DNA of 43,517 bases from Sulfurovum sp. (GTDB lineage: Bacteria; Campylobacterota; Campylobacteria; Campylobacterales; Sulfurovaceae): assembly GCA_020726105.1 (NCBI GenBank), contig DYTF01000004.1, forward strand, positions 1 through 43,517, in the 5' to 3' direction. Within the stretch, counting starts at the first letter, position 1. Each line of letters begins with the position of its first letter. Positions 1 through 9,869 of the stretch are shown piece by piece. Made by a program: the position numbers and the translations under genes. The notes beneath the pieces are model-generated. The model made no database searches. It was not told the origin of the DNA and saw only the letters and a program-made list of their open reading frames with translations.

Positions 1-1302
1 CACCTAGTCAGCCTCGGCTGCACCAAAAACCTCGTCGATAGCGAAGTAATGCTTGGGCGCCTAAGAGAGTATGAGATGACAGATGATGGCACACAAGCCG
101 ATGTCATCATCGTCAATACCTGTGGGTTTATCGATGCCGCCAAACAAGAAAGTATCAATACCGTGCTTACACTGCATGATGAACGCAAAAAAAATTCTAT
201 TTTAGTCATGAGTGGCTGTTTGAGCGAACGATACAAAGAAGAGTTGCAAGCTGACATGCCAGAGATAGACATCTTCACAGGTGTTGGTGATTACGAGAAA
301 ATAGACCAGCTTATCGCTTCTAAACAAAGTACCTTCTCCCCTGAAGTGTATTTGGCTACCGAAAACTCTGGAAGAGTCATCACAGGCTCTAACTACCATG
401 CCTATATCAAGATAGCAGAAGGATGCAATCAGTCTTGTTCATTTTGTGCCATCCCAAGCTTCAAAGGCAAACTGCACTCACGCACTCTCTCTTCAGTCCT
501 AAAAGAAGTAGAAAATCTTGTAGCCCAAGGCTTTTATGACTTCTCTTTCATCTCTCAAGACAGTTCAAGCTACGGACGCGATATGAAGATGGCGGATGGA
601 CTGATTGAACTCATCAAAGGGGTTGAGGCGATCGAAGGGGTAGTTTCTGCGCGTATCTTATATCTCTACCCTAGCACTACTACTTTCGCTCTTATCGATG
701 CCATAGCAGACTCCAAAGTATTTCAAACCTATTATGATATGCCTATTCAGCATATCGATGATGGTGTGCTTAAAATCATGAAACGCGGGTTTGGGGAGAA
801 AAAAACCATCGAACTGCTTGAATACATGAAAAGTAAACCAAATGCCTTCTTGCGTACTTCGCTCATAGCAGGACACCCAGGTGAAAGCGATGAAAGCTTT
901 GAGAAAGTGTGTGCCTTTATGCAAACATTTGAGTTTGACAGATTCAACACCTTTGGCTACTCAAACGAGGAAACCACATCAGCTTATACGCTTGAACAGA
1001 TAGAGCAAGACACCATTGACGAGAGAGCAGAAAGGCTGGGGATGATTGCGGAAGAAAACACCTTGACTTCACTACAAAAAATGGTCAGTAAGACCATCAT
1101 GCTTGTAATAGATGGAGAGAGTGATGAGCATGAGTATCTGCTTACAGCTAGACCATTGGGCTGGGCTGTAGACATCGACGGTGAGATTCTTATCAATGAT
1201 ACTTCTGATTTAAAAATAGAATATGGAAAAAGATATGAAGCACATATCACAGAACTTGTCGGCACACAGTTATTGGCAACACTCATAAAGCCCTCCTTTT
1301 AA
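1..1302 (+). CDS. rimO: Ribosomal protein S12 methylthiotransferase RimO (5'-partial; frame open from base 1)
   Basis: Frame 1 reads HLVSLGCTKNLVDSEVM from base 1. NTCGFI, radical SAM motif AEGCNQSCSFCAIP, RILYLYP and C-terminal DIDGEILIND are RimO-type. Confidence 0.95.
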   Translation, partial: HLVSLGCTKNLVDSEVMLGRLREYEMTDDGTQADVIIVNTCGFIDAAKQESINTVLTLHDERKKNSILVMSGCLSERYKEELQADMPEIDIFTGVGDYEKIDQLIASKQSTFSPEVYLATENSGRVITGSNYHAYIKIAEGCNQSCSFCAIPSFKGKLHSRTLSSVLKEVENLVAQGFYDFSFISQDSSSYGRDMKMADGLIELIKGVEAIEGVVSARILYLYPSTTTFALIDAIADSKVFQTYYDMPIQHIDDGVLKIMKRGFGEKKTIELLEYMKSKPNAFLRTSLIAGHPGESDESFEKVCAFMQTFEFDRFNTFGYSNEETTSAYTLEQIEQDTIDERAERLGMIAEENTLTSLQKMVSKTIMLVIDGESDEHEYLLTARPLGWAVDIDGEILINDTSDLKIEYGKRYEAHITELVGTQLLATLIKPSF

Positions 1303-1321
1303 TTATGCAACGCATACATTT

Positions 1322-1400
1322 GTCGTCCCGAACATCCTTGTAAGCAAAGCGATTTGAGAGGGACGACGCTTTTTTGCTTCGTTTTTTCTAAAAAAATGAA
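1322..1400. repeat. Intergenic double stem-loop element (possible terminator or REP-like unit)
   Basis: GTCGTCCC (1322-1329) pairs with GGGACGAC (1360-1367) and is followed by GCTTTTTT. Second hairpin TTCGTTTTTT-CTA-AAAAAATGAA (1378-1400). Confidence 0.45.
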
Positions 1401-1438
1401 GAAGAAAACAACGCCACAAATCCTAGCAAGAGGAACTT

Positions 1439-2422
1439 ATGCTAAATCTAGAGATACAAAACCTAAAAAATAAAAAAAATCTTTTAGCATTCTCAGCAGG
1501 TGTGGACTCTTCAGCTCTGTTTTTTTTACTCTTAGAGCATGGCATCTCTTTTGACATTGCGCTGGTCAATTACGGTACACGCGAAGCAAGCGACGCAGAA
1601 GAAGCCCATGCTAAAGTCTTGGCAAAAAAACATCAATGCTTTTGCCATAGCATCAAAGCACCACACTTTCAGGGCAACTTTGAAAAACAAGCCAGAGACT
1701 TTCGCTATGAATTTTTCGAGTCCCTCATACACCTAGAAGGATACGATACCCTACTCACCGCCCATCAGCTAAACGATCAGCTAGAGTGGTTTCTGATGCG
1801 CCTGAGTAAAGGTGCAGGTGTGAGCGAACTACTAGGACTAGAACCTGTAACAGACAAAGAAGACTACCTACTTGTACGCCCTCTACTGGGCTACAGCAAA
1901 GAAGAACTTTTAGCCTATTTGCACGAAAATCAGTATCCTTATTTTGTAGATGAAAGCAATGGCGATGAAAAATATGAACGCAATGTTTTTAGAAAACAGT
2001 TTTCAGATACTCTAATCTCAAACTACAAAGAAGGTATCAGGCGAAGTTTTACCTACCTTAGAAACGATAAAAAAACCCTTCAAAACAACTACAAAATACT
2101 CCATACAAACAAACAACTTATCATCTTGCGCATAGAAAATAGTGATGCCAAAATCATAGCAGCCGACAAAGCACTCAAAATATTAGGCTATCTGCTTTCT
2201 GCTAAGCAGCGTCAAGAGATAAGTGCAAAACATTCACTGGTTGTAGGCGGAGCGTGGGCCTTGGAGATGTCTGCAGATGTGCTTTTTATCGCGCCTTATG
2301 TGGCCTGCGTAATGCCTAAAACATTTAAAGAATTATGCAGAACACACACCATACCTGCTAAAATAAGACCCTACCTGTTTAAAGAAAATATAGACCCTAC
2401 AAGTTTAAGCTCTTATATCTAA
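1439..2422 (+). CDS. tilS: tRNA(Ile)-lysidine synthetase (short epsilon-type)
   Basis: PP-loop AFSAGVDS, EKQARDFRY, TAHQLNDQLEWFLMRL, RPLL, DESN...YERN. AGAGGA SD upstream. Confidence 0.95.
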   Translation: MLNLEIQNLKNKKNLLAFSAGVDSSALFFLLLEHGISFDIALVNYGTREASDAEEAHAKVLAKKHQCFCHSIKAPHFQGNFEKQARDFRYEFFESLIHLEGYDTLLTAHQLNDQLEWFLMRLSKGAGVSELLGLEPVTDKEDYLLVRPLLGYSKEELLAYLHENQYPYFVDESNGDEKYERNVFRKQFSDTLISNYKEGIRRSFTYLRNDKKTLQNNYKILHTNKQLIILRIENSDAKIIAADKALKILGYLLSAKQRQEISAKHSLVVGGAWALEMSADVLFIAPYVACVMPKTFKELCRTHTIPAKIRPYLFKENIDPTSLSSYI

Positions 2423-3270
2423 TCTTTATCTTGCATCTGTGCCAATGGGTGCGCTTTGATATACTCTTGCATCTTTTTAACGCTTCCTAATTTCGTATAG
2501 ACTTGTGTCGTTGCCATCGTGTCGTGTCCGAGTAACTCACTTACATCTGCGATGCGTGCACCGTTATTGAGCAGATGTGTAGCAAAAGAGTGACGCAGTT
2601 GGTGTGGCGTTGCCTTGAGTCCTGTTTCTTTAAATAATTTGCTCAATCTATAGCGTAGTTGCGCCGAATTTAAAGGTGCATTACCTTTTTCAAAAAGATA
2701 TTTTTTGGGAGATTTTAGCTTGACATGTGCCTCTATGAGATGAAAAAGCGAACCCAACAACGGTAACTCTCGTACTTTATTACCCTTCCCGCGTATCTGC
2801 ACCCATTCTTTTTTAATGTCTTTAAGCTGCAGCCCACTTAACTCAGAGATACGCAACCCAAGCCCATACAACAGAGAAACCAACAGTTTTTCTTCTCCGT
2901 CTGCCCTGTCTAACACTTCTTTGATATACTGCTCTTCGATGGGCTTAGGCAGACTTTTTGGCACTTTAATGGACTCATCGCCTATAAGTTTAACCGACAT
3001 GCAACACTGGTCTTCAAGGTATTTAACAAAAGAGTGTATCGCGGAGAGTTTTTTCATGATGGTTTTTTTGCTGTTTTTGACAATCGTGAAACGATAAGGG
3101 GTGATGTCAAACACTACAACGCCCTCCTCTTCGTACAGATGGCTACTTTGGAGCATTTGTCTGAGTGCAATCTCATAAGTCACAACAGAGACTTCAGAAT
3201 ACCCTCTTACATCAAACAAATAATACAAAAAGGCTTCACTGGCATCATGGATTTTTTCTTTGAGTGTCAT
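2419..3270 (-). CDS. xerC: Tyrosine recombinase, XerC/XerD-like
   Basis: Full catalytic set: GLRISEL, RGKGNKVR, PHQLRHSFATHLL, LLGH, TTQVYT. 283 aa. ATGA overlap with the upstream gene. Confidence 0.75.
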   Translation of the reverse strand: MTLKEKIHDASEAFLYYLFDVRGYSEVSVVTYEIALRQMLQSSHLYEEEGVVVFDITPYRFTIVKNSKKTIMKKLSAIHSFVKYLEDQCCMSVKLIGDESIKVPKSLPKPIEEQYIKEVLDRADGEEKLLVSLLYGLGLRISELSGLQLKDIKKEWVQIRGKGNKVRELPLLGSLFHLIEAHVKLKSPKKYLFEKGNAPLNSAQLRYRLSKLFKETGLKATPHQLRHSFATHLLNNGARIADVSELLGHDTMATTQVYTKLGSVKKMQEYIKAHPLAQMQDKD

Positions 3271-3890
3271 GAGAGTGTATGGGCTAACATTTTGCGTCTT
3301 AAAAATGCTTTGGCTTCAGCGATTTCCATGCCCTCTAGCGTCACAGTCTCAAGATAAAAATCTATGGTACTAAAAGGTTTGGGTATCACAAACTGATCCC
3401 AACTTTTTACTTTCCAATAATGCCGTGGGATATAATTGACTATCAAAACAGGCGCTTTGGCTTTGTGGGCTAGAGCAATTGCACCATCACCAATAGCGTG
3501 GCGAGGCCCTCTTGGCCCGTCTGGCGTTACCAACAAGTCATCTCCTTTCCTCAGTGCCCTAAAAGCTTCAAGAAGTACCTGATTCGCTCCTCTACTGCTT
3601 GAGCCACGAAGGGGTCTGATGGCAAAATAACACAAAATACGCGCTATCATTTCACCGTCAAAATGCCTTGAAATAATACCCGAGGATGATTGTTTTTTAT
3701 GATAATGTCTATAGGCTTGAGGAGAAAGAAGCAACTCCCCATGCCAACACACAACGATGCACTGCTCTTGTGTTATCTCGCCTTGGATATGGAAGTTTTT
3801 TTTGGAAGTAACCCAATAGAAACGCATCAGCGCATACCCCAATGGAGGTAAAATATGAGGGGCTATTTTTCGTGCCAGTGATTTGAGCAT
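3267..3890 (-). CDS. Lysophospholipid acyltransferase family protein (DUF374)
   Basis: WHG, SRHFDGE, RGSSSRG, TPDGPRGP and SWDQFVIPKPFS motifs. Usual position downstream of miaB in Campylobacterota. Confidence 0.85.
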   Translation of the reverse strand: MLKSLARKIAPHILPPLGYALMRFYWVTSKKNFHIQGEITQEQCIVVCWHGELLLSPQAYRHYHKKQSSSGIISRHFDGEMIARILCYFAIRPLRGSSSRGANQVLLEAFRALRKGDDLLVTPDGPRGPRHAIGDGAIALAHKAKAPVLIVNYIPRHYWKVKSWDQFVIPKPFSTIDFYLETVTLEGMEIAEAKAFLRRKMLAHTLS

Positions 3891-3895
3891 GGGTC

Positions 3896-5194
3896 TTAAA
3901 CAAGCACTCCATCGAGTGCACCACGAGAGGTTTTGACCACTTCGACCTCTACTATTTTGCCTAAAAGCTCTTCGCTACCTTGGATGAAAAAAAGTTTGCC
4001 GTCATCAGAGCGTCCTGAAACCCGCCCACCTGATTTGAGTTCATCAAAATAGACTTGATGCACCACTCCAAGCTGCGCATCCATGATTTCATCCAGTATC
4101 TCTGTATGGCGAGACTGTAAACGAGTGAGCCTCTCTCCTGCTGTGTCACTGTCTATCTGGTCTGTGAAAGCAGCAGCTTCAGTGTGAGGACGCGCTGAGT
4201 ACTTAAATGAAAAGAGTTGCTCAAACCGTACTTTTTCAAGCACTTCCATCGTATCTTCAAAATCGGCATCGCTCTCGCTGGGAAAACCCACGATGATGTC
4301 TGTAGAGATACTAGCCTCAGGACACAAAGCGCGTATCTTTTCACAGCGGTTGATGAAGTTCTCTTTGGTGTAGCCTCTCTTCATGGCTTTAAGCAGTGAG
4401 GTCGAGCCACTTTGAAGTGGCACATGGATTTGTTTACATATCTTGGGGTTGTTTGCAAACTCGGTTAGAAAAATATCATCCATGTGTAAAGGGTGAGGAG
4501 AAGTAAAACGGATACGCTCCAAACCATCTATCTTAGAAATCTTCCGCAATAACTGCGTAAAATCGCAAGGTGCCTCATCGCCTCCAAAGCGTCTGCCGTA
4601 ATTGTTCACATTTTGTCCCAAAAGCATCACTTCTTTTGCGCCTGTAGCCACCGCTTTTGTTATCTCCCCAACGATAAGTGCTGAAGGGATAGAAATCTCT
4701 TCTCCACGCGTTGCAGGCACGATGCAAAAGGTACAGGACTTGTCACAACCGATAGAGATGTTGACCATCGCTTTAAAAGGATTGCTTCTGTACTCTGCAA
4801 AATCATAGGTGCTTTCATCAAAGTCTGTACTCACCTCAACCGCATGTTTTTTGTGAATGACTTGGGTGATTTTCGATACATTTCTAGCTCCCAAAACAAA
4901 GTCCACAGAGGGTGCCCGCTTGATAATCTCTTCGCCCAAATGTGAAGCCGTACATCCCGTAACACCGATTTTTGCTGTAGGTTTTTTGTGCTTATTGAAC
5001 ACACCGATTTCAGAAAAGAGCTTAGCTACAGGTTTTTCTCTGACCGAGCAGGTATTGATGATGATAAGGTCGGCATCTTGTAAATTTTCGGTAAGCTCGT
5101 ACGCTTCTTCGCGGTTAAGTTCTGCTATCATGTGCTCACTGTCACGCGCATTCATAGCGCAGCCAAGTGTTTCTATAAATAATTTTTTACTCAA
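3896..5194 (-). CDS. miaB: tRNA-2-methylthio-N6-dimethylallyladenosine synthase
   Basis: [49 protein letters not shown]-terminal TRAM domain. TTG start. Confidence 0.97.
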   Translation of the reverse strand: MSKKLFIETLGCAMNARDSEHMIAELNREEAYELTENLQDADLIIINTCSVREKPVAKLFSEIGVFNKHKKPTAKIGVTGCTASHLGEEIIKRAPSVDFVLGARNVSKITQVIHKKHAVEVSTDFDESTYDFAEYRSNPFKAMVNISIGCDKSCTFCIVPATRGEEISIPSALIVGEITKAVATGAKEVMLLGQNVNNYGRRFGGDEAPCDFTQLLRKISKIDGLERIRFTSPHPLHMDDIFLTEFANNPKICKQIHVPLQSGSTSLLKAMKRGYTKENFINRCEKIRALCPEASISTDIIVGFPSESDADFEDTMEVLEKVRFEQLFSFKYSARPHTEAAAFTDQIDSDTAGERLTRLQSRHTEILDEIMDAQLGVVHQVYFDELKSGGRVSGRSDDGKLFFIQGSEELLGKIVEVEVVKTSRGALDGVLV

Positions 5195-5256
5195 TGCTCT
5201 GTCTTTCTAGTAGGGTAGCGTGAAAACAAGCCAAAATTTTGGCTAGATACCGCATA

Positions 5257-5496
5257 TTATGCGATAATATGCACTTCATAGATGTACTCGTTTTCATCCA
5301 ATCCATATTTCACTTCTCTCATATAGACCGAATACTCTTTTGCTTCAAAATATTCAATCATCTCTTTGAGCTCTTTATGTGAATTGTCTTTGTCAAAATA
5401 AAATATTGATTTTTCTGCCAGTTCTTCTTCTATTTTTTCCAATTCAACCGTTTTTGGTTTTACTTTTAAGGTGCTTCTAGCGAGTTTCAGTTTCAT
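5257..5496 (-). CDS. HP0268-family small nuclease
   Basis: MKLKLAR, IFYFDKDNSHK and REVKYGLDENEYIYEVHI match the HP0268 family, with the conserved position between nusA and miaB. Confidence 0.85.
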   Translation of the reverse strand: MKLKLARSTLKVKPKTVELEKIEEELAEKSIFYFDKDNSHKELKEMIEYFEAKEYSVYMREVKYGLDENEYIYEVHIIA

Positions 5497-5553
5497 TTAT
5501 TTTGCCCTTTTTATCTCTCTTTTTTTGCATACATTTTGATGCAACGATAGTCA

Positions 5554-5593
5554 ATTATACTTTATTTTGAGTAAAGCTTTGATTAGCTATAAT
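5554..5593. promoter_or_regulatory. Divergent sigma70 -10 boxes for the HP0268-miaB operon (-) and nusA (+)
   Basis: TATAAT on the minus strand at 5554-5559 and on the plus strand at 5588-5593. Confidence 0.6.
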
Positions 5594-5701
5594 TCTTTAC
5601 TTCAAAAACAATACTCCCAAGATGTCATTCACATTGTTTTGTTACCCCCAGTAGCGGTATCTTGTCATGAGTTTTAAAGTATTATTTATTAGGAATGATT
5701 T

Positions 5702-6865
5702 ATGGAAAAAATATTAGACATCATAGAAGCCATCGCGCATGAAAAAAACATCAGTAAAGAACACGCGATTGAGGCATTTAAAGATGCTTTGGTCAATACA
5801 GCAAAAAAACTCAGTAGCTTCACAAGCACCTTTGAAGTCATCATCGACCACGATACAAAAAAATATTCTGTCTTCAAGGTTATCACTGTTGTTGCAGACA
5901 ACGACTCACAACTTCTCACAGAGGTCGGCAAGGAAGGCAACAAACAAAAAATAGCCTCAGATAGCTTCATTTCACTCAGCGAAGCCAAAGAGTATGATGA
6001 TTCTTTGGAGTTAGGCGATCAACTTAAAGAACAGTTTATCTTAGAAGAGCACGGACGAACGGCATCTGCCAATCTTTTTAAAGAACTTGAATACCACATA
6101 CAAAGACGCATCGAACAAGACCTCTTTGAAAAATATAGAGAAAAGGTAGGTACAGTCATGCTGGGTACGGTCAACCGCATCGACGCACAGGACAATACCC
6201 ATGTTGAAATCGGTGAACTCAAAGGCATCATGTCACTCAGAAACCGCATCAAAGGGGAGAAATATAAACGAGGCGATAGCATACGCGCACTGCTTCGTTA
6301 TGTGAGTGTAGATCCTGAGTATGGACTCTTTCTTGAGCTTACCCGTACCTCACCCAAATTTTTAGAAGCCCTCATGGCTTCTGAAGTTCCTGAGATTGAT
6401 GATGGTGCCGTGAGCATTGTTTCTGCAGCTAGGATTCCAGGGGAGCGGGCAAAAATAGCACTTAAAACAGATCAAGGCAATATCGACCCCATCGGGGCAG
6501 CTGTTGGAGTGAAAGGGGTGCGCATCAACGCGGTAAGTGAAGAGCTTAACGGTGAAAACATTGACTGTATCGAGTACTCGCCTATCCCTGAAGTATTTAT
6601 CACGCGCGCCCTAAGTCCCGCCATCTCACAAAGTATCAAAGTGGATGCCGAAAACAAAAAAGCGATTGTCAGCATTACAGGAGATCAAAAAGCAAAAGCC
6701 ATCGGTAAATCAGGTATCAATATCCGTTTAGCCTCCATGCTCACAGGCTACACCATAGAACTAAACGAAATCGAAGGTTTCACAGAAAGGCCGGCAGGTA
6801 ACACAGAAAACAGTGAGACAGAAAAAACAACCGATACCTCAGCATTGGCAGATTTATTTAAGTAA
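5702..6865 (+). CDS. nusA: Transcription termination/antitermination factor NusA
   Basis: NusA N-domain, S1 domain, and KH motifs ARIPGERAKI, VGVKGVRI, AIGKSGINIRLASMLTG. Confidence 0.97.
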   Translation: MEKILDIIEAIAHEKNISKEHAIEAFKDALVNTAKKLSSFTSTFEVIIDHDTKKYSVFKVITVVADNDSQLLTEVGKEGNKQKIASDSFISLSEAKEYDDSLELGDQLKEQFILEEHGRTASANLFKELEYHIQRRIEQDLFEKYREKVGTVMLGTVNRIDAQDNTHVEIGELKGIMSLRNRIKGEKYKRGDSIRALLRYVSVDPEYGLFLELTRTSPKFLEALMASEVPEIDDGAVSIVSAARIPGERAKIALKTDQGNIDPIGAAVGVKGVRINAVSEELNGENIDCIEYSPIPEVFITRALSPAISQSIKVDAENKKAIVSITGDQKAKAIGKSGINIRLASMLTGYTIELNEIEGFTERPAGNTENSETEKTTDTSALADLFK

Positions 6866-6872
6866 GCAGCTT

Positions 6873-6894
6873 CTCCTCTTGAGGCAAAGAGGAG
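6873..6894. terminator. Hairpin between convergent nusA and tpiA
   Basis: CTCCTCTT-GAGGCA-AAGAGGAG, 8-bp stem. No classical U tract after the stem on either strand. Confidence 0.5.
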
Positions 6895-6902
6895 CTAAAA
6901 AC

Positions 6903-7592
6903 CTACGCGAGTACCAAAGCAGCAAAACGCGCTGCATCCAAAGAAGCAGAGCCCACAAGGACACCGTCCACAAAGTCTATCTCGCTAATCTCTTTAATGT
7001 TGTCAACATTGACACTTCCACCGTAAAGCAGTGGTTGTTTGATGCTTTGTCTTAATGCCTCGTGGGTAGAAGCGATCTCTTTAACCGTTGCTGACCTTCC
7101 TGTGCCGATCGCCCAAATAGGCTCATACGCGACAATGAGTTTTTCGTACCCGACATCAATGCCTTCAAACTGAGAAAGCAGATGCCTCATCACCGCTTCG
7201 TCTCCACGCTCTCGTATCTCAAGCGGCTCACCGACACAATAGAGTATTTCAAACCCTTTTTCTTGAAAAAACGCAAATTTTTGGGCTACACTTGCTTGAG
7301 ACTCTCCCAAAAGCTGGCGTCTTTCACTGTGCCCGATAAGTATCGTGTTGATGCCAAACTCTTCGAGCTGCTCCAAACCTATTTCACCCGTGTAAGCACC
7401 ATTGAGGGCAGGATAAGCATTTTGAGTACCCAAAGTAAATACACCTTCAAATCTATCTAAAGCCGTTGCAGGTGGAAAAATATATACCCTGTCATCAGAT
7501 TTTTTTGCAAGTAATTTTTCGCTTAAGACCTGAATGTATGCTTTGGTGCTAGCACGCGTATGGTTCGTTTTAAAATTGGCTGCAAAAATCAT
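6903..7592 (-). CDS. tpiA: Triosephosphate isomerase
   Basis: AANFK, GAYTGEI, IGHSERR, AYEPIWAIGTG, LYGGSV, GVLVGSASL. Confidence 0.97.
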   Translation of the reverse strand: MIFAANFKTNHTRASTKAYIQVLSEKLLAKKSDDRVYIFPPATALDRFEGVFTLGTQNAYPALNGAYTGEIGLEQLEEFGINTILIGHSERRQLLGESQASVAQKFAFFQEKGFEILYCVGEPLEIRERGDEAVMRHLLSQFEGIDVGYEKLIVAYEPIWAIGTGRSATVKEIASTHEALRQSIKQPLLYGGSVNVDNIKEISEIDFVDGVLVGSASLDAARFAALVLA

Positions 7593-7612
7593 CTTAAATC
7601 CTTTGGGGGGGG

Positions 7613-8803
7613 CTATTTGAGTGCTTCGATTCCAGGGAGTACTTTACCTTCTATAAGATTTAAACTCGCACCTCCGCCCGTGCTGACAAAGGTCATCTCG
7701 TCCACATCTCCTGCTTTTTGTGCTACATCTGCCGTATCTCCGCCACCCACAATGGTTGTTGCATGGGTATCGGCGATGTCATGAGACATTTTTATGCTAC
7801 CTTTGGAAAATTTATCCCACTCATACACACCCATGGGGCCGTTCCACATAATGGTCTGGGCATCATTGAGCACTTCACGAAACAGTCTTGAACTCGCGGG
7901 CCCAATATCTAAGCCCATCCAATCAGCTGGAATCTCTTGAGATGGCAAGTATTTGGTGATGGCGTGCTCTGAAAACTCAGGACTTACCACTACATCGACA
8001 GGCAGATAAAACTTCACCCCACGCTCTTTTGCTTTTGCCATAATCTTGCGCGCTTCATCAAGCAAGTCATTTTCAACCAAAGACTTCCCTATCTCATACC
8101 CTTGTGCTTTCAAGAAAGTAAACGCCATCCCGCCGCCCACGATGACCTTATCTACCTTCTCGATGAGATTAATCAACGCTTCAAGCTTCCCTGAAACTTT
8201 TGACCCTCCTACCACAGCCACAAAAGGACGCATAGGATTCTCTAGGGTTTTTGCGAAAAAGTTCACCTCTTGAGAGAGAAGAAAGCCAGCCGCTTTGTGC
8301 TCTGCATCAAAATGCTTCGTTATCGCATCAATCGAAGCATGTGCTCTGTGGCATGCACCAAAAGCATCATTGATATACACATCAGCCATACTTGCCAACT
8401 CTGCTGCAAAGGCAGGATCATTTTGAGTCTCACCTGCTTCGTACCGCAAATTTTCAAGCACCAACACTTCTCCTGCTTCTAAAGATGCTGCTTTGGCTCT
8501 AGCGTCAGTACCAACAACATCTGCAGCAAGTGTGATAGACTCAGCGATTTTCAACAAAGTTCTAAGCCGTGTTACCACTGCGGCAAGAGAGTACTGCTCC
8601 TCATAAACGCCTGGTTCAGGACGCTCATAGTGCGAAGCCAAGATGACTTTGCATTGTCTGTCCAAACAATACCGAATCGTAGCCAACGCCCCTCTGATTC
8701 TTCTATCATCAGTAATATTGCCATTTTCATCTTTAGGCACATTAAAATCACATCGTATAAAAACTCTTTTGCCGTCAATCTTTAACTCTTTAACTGTCTT
8801 CAT
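7613..8803 (-). CDS. pgk: Phosphoglycerate kinase
   Basis: [46 protein letters not shown]. Confidence 0.98.
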   Translation of the reverse strand: MKTVKELKIDGKRVFIRCDFNVPKDENGNITDDRRIRGALATIRYCLDRQCKVILASHYERPEPGVYEEQYSLAAVVTRLRTLLKIAESITLAADVVGTDARAKAASLEAGEVLVLENLRYEAGETQNDPAFAAELASMADVYINDAFGACHRAHASIDAITKHFDAEHKAAGFLLSQEVNFFAKTLENPMRPFVAVVGGSKVSGKLEALINLIEKVDKVIVGGGMAFTFLKAQGYEIGKSLVENDLLDEARKIMAKAKERGVKFYLPVDVVVSPEFSEHAITKYLPSQEIPADWMGLDIGPASSRLFREVLNDAQTIMWNGPMGVYEWDKFSKGSIKMSHDIADTHATTIVGGGDTADVAQKAGDVDEMTFVSTGGGASLNLIEGKVLPGIEALK

Positions 8804-8811
8804 CTCTACCC

Positions 8812-9807
8812 TTATTTTTTGCTAATGTGAACTGCCATATCGACTAAACGACAGGAATATCCCCACTCATTGTCATACCAAGAGAGCACTTTTACCATGT
8901 TGCCACCTATGACTTGAATGGTATCTAGTGCGACAACGGTGCTGAGTGTCTCTCCTACAAAGTCTTGAGACACTCTATACTCTTCATCAACACCCAAAAT
9001 ACCTTTATGGGACCCTTCGCTGGCAACTCTTAAAGCGTGCTGCGCCTCTTCAAGCCTAACCTCTCTACCCAAAGTAACAGTCAAATCAACCAAAGAAACA
9101 TCTGGTGTAGGCACCCTGATGGCTTGTCCGTTGATTTTACCTGCAAGTTTTGGAAGTACTTTGGCGATGGCTTTGGCTGCACCCGTTGAAGTAGGTACAA
9201 GATTGGTCGCACCAGAACGCCCTTTTCTCGCATCTTTTTTGTCTTTACCGTCGAGTATGGGCTGTGAGGAAGTATAAGAATGAATCGTCGTCATCAGCCC
9301 TTTTTCTATCCCGAAAGCATCATCAAGCACTTTTGCTAAAGGTGCTAGCCCATTGGTTGTGCAGGAAGCATTAGAGACAATGCTCTCACCTGCATACAAC
9401 TCTTCATTTGCTCCGAGTACAAAAGTTGCTGTCTCATCTTTAGCTGGGGCTGAGAAAAGTACTTTTTTGATGCCATTATCTAAGTAAGGCTGTACAGACT
9501 CTGCTGTTAAAAATGCGCCTGTACACTCTAGCACAATCTGCGCACCACAAGAAGCAAAATCTATCTTAGCAATTTCACGCTCAGAAAAAATCTTTGCTTT
9601 CGTTGCACCAATATGCACATACCCATTGGCTACCGATACATCTTTGCGTGTGCCGTGCACTGAGTCGTATTTGAGATTATACTGTAGCATCTCTTCGCTA
9701 CCTGAAGCATTGACTGCTACGAGTTCAATGTCGTCTCTGTCTGCGATGATGCGTGCGACACATCTGCCTATTCTTCCTAGTCCGTTGATTGCTACTTTTA
9801 CAGCCAT
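8812..9807 (-). CDS. gap: Type I glyceraldehyde-3-phosphate dehydrogenase
   Basis: [44 protein letters not shown]. Confidence 0.98.
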   Translation of the reverse strand: MAVKVAINGLGRIGRCVARIIADRDDIELVAVNASGSEEMLQYNLKYDSVHGTRKDVSVANGYVHIGATKAKIFSEREIAKIDFASCGAQIVLECTGAFLTAESVQPYLDNGIKKVLFSAPAKDETATFVLGANEELYAGESIVSNASCTTNGLAPLAKVLDDAFGIEKGLMTTIHSYTSSQPILDGKDKKDARKGRSGATNLVPTSTGAAKAIAKVLPKLAGKINGQAIRVPTPDVSLVDLTVTLGREVRLEEAQHALRVASEGSHKGILGVDEEYRVSQDFVGETLSTVVALDTIQVIGGNMVKVLSWYDNEWGYSCRLVDMAVHISKK

Positions 9808-9869
9808 ACTTTGCCCTTTATGATTATTGTGCTAAAATACTGGAATTTTACAGTAAATGAGGTTAGTAT

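Noticed and set aside
2419-3270. Tyrosine recombinase as a prophage or genomic-island integrase
   Set aside because: It is coupled to housekeeping genes, has Xer-like size and motifs, and no att repeats or phage genes are visible.
5245-5275. Possible dif site near the xer gene
   Set aside because: It shares only short GCATA/TTATG words and does not fit the 11-6-11 dif consensus.
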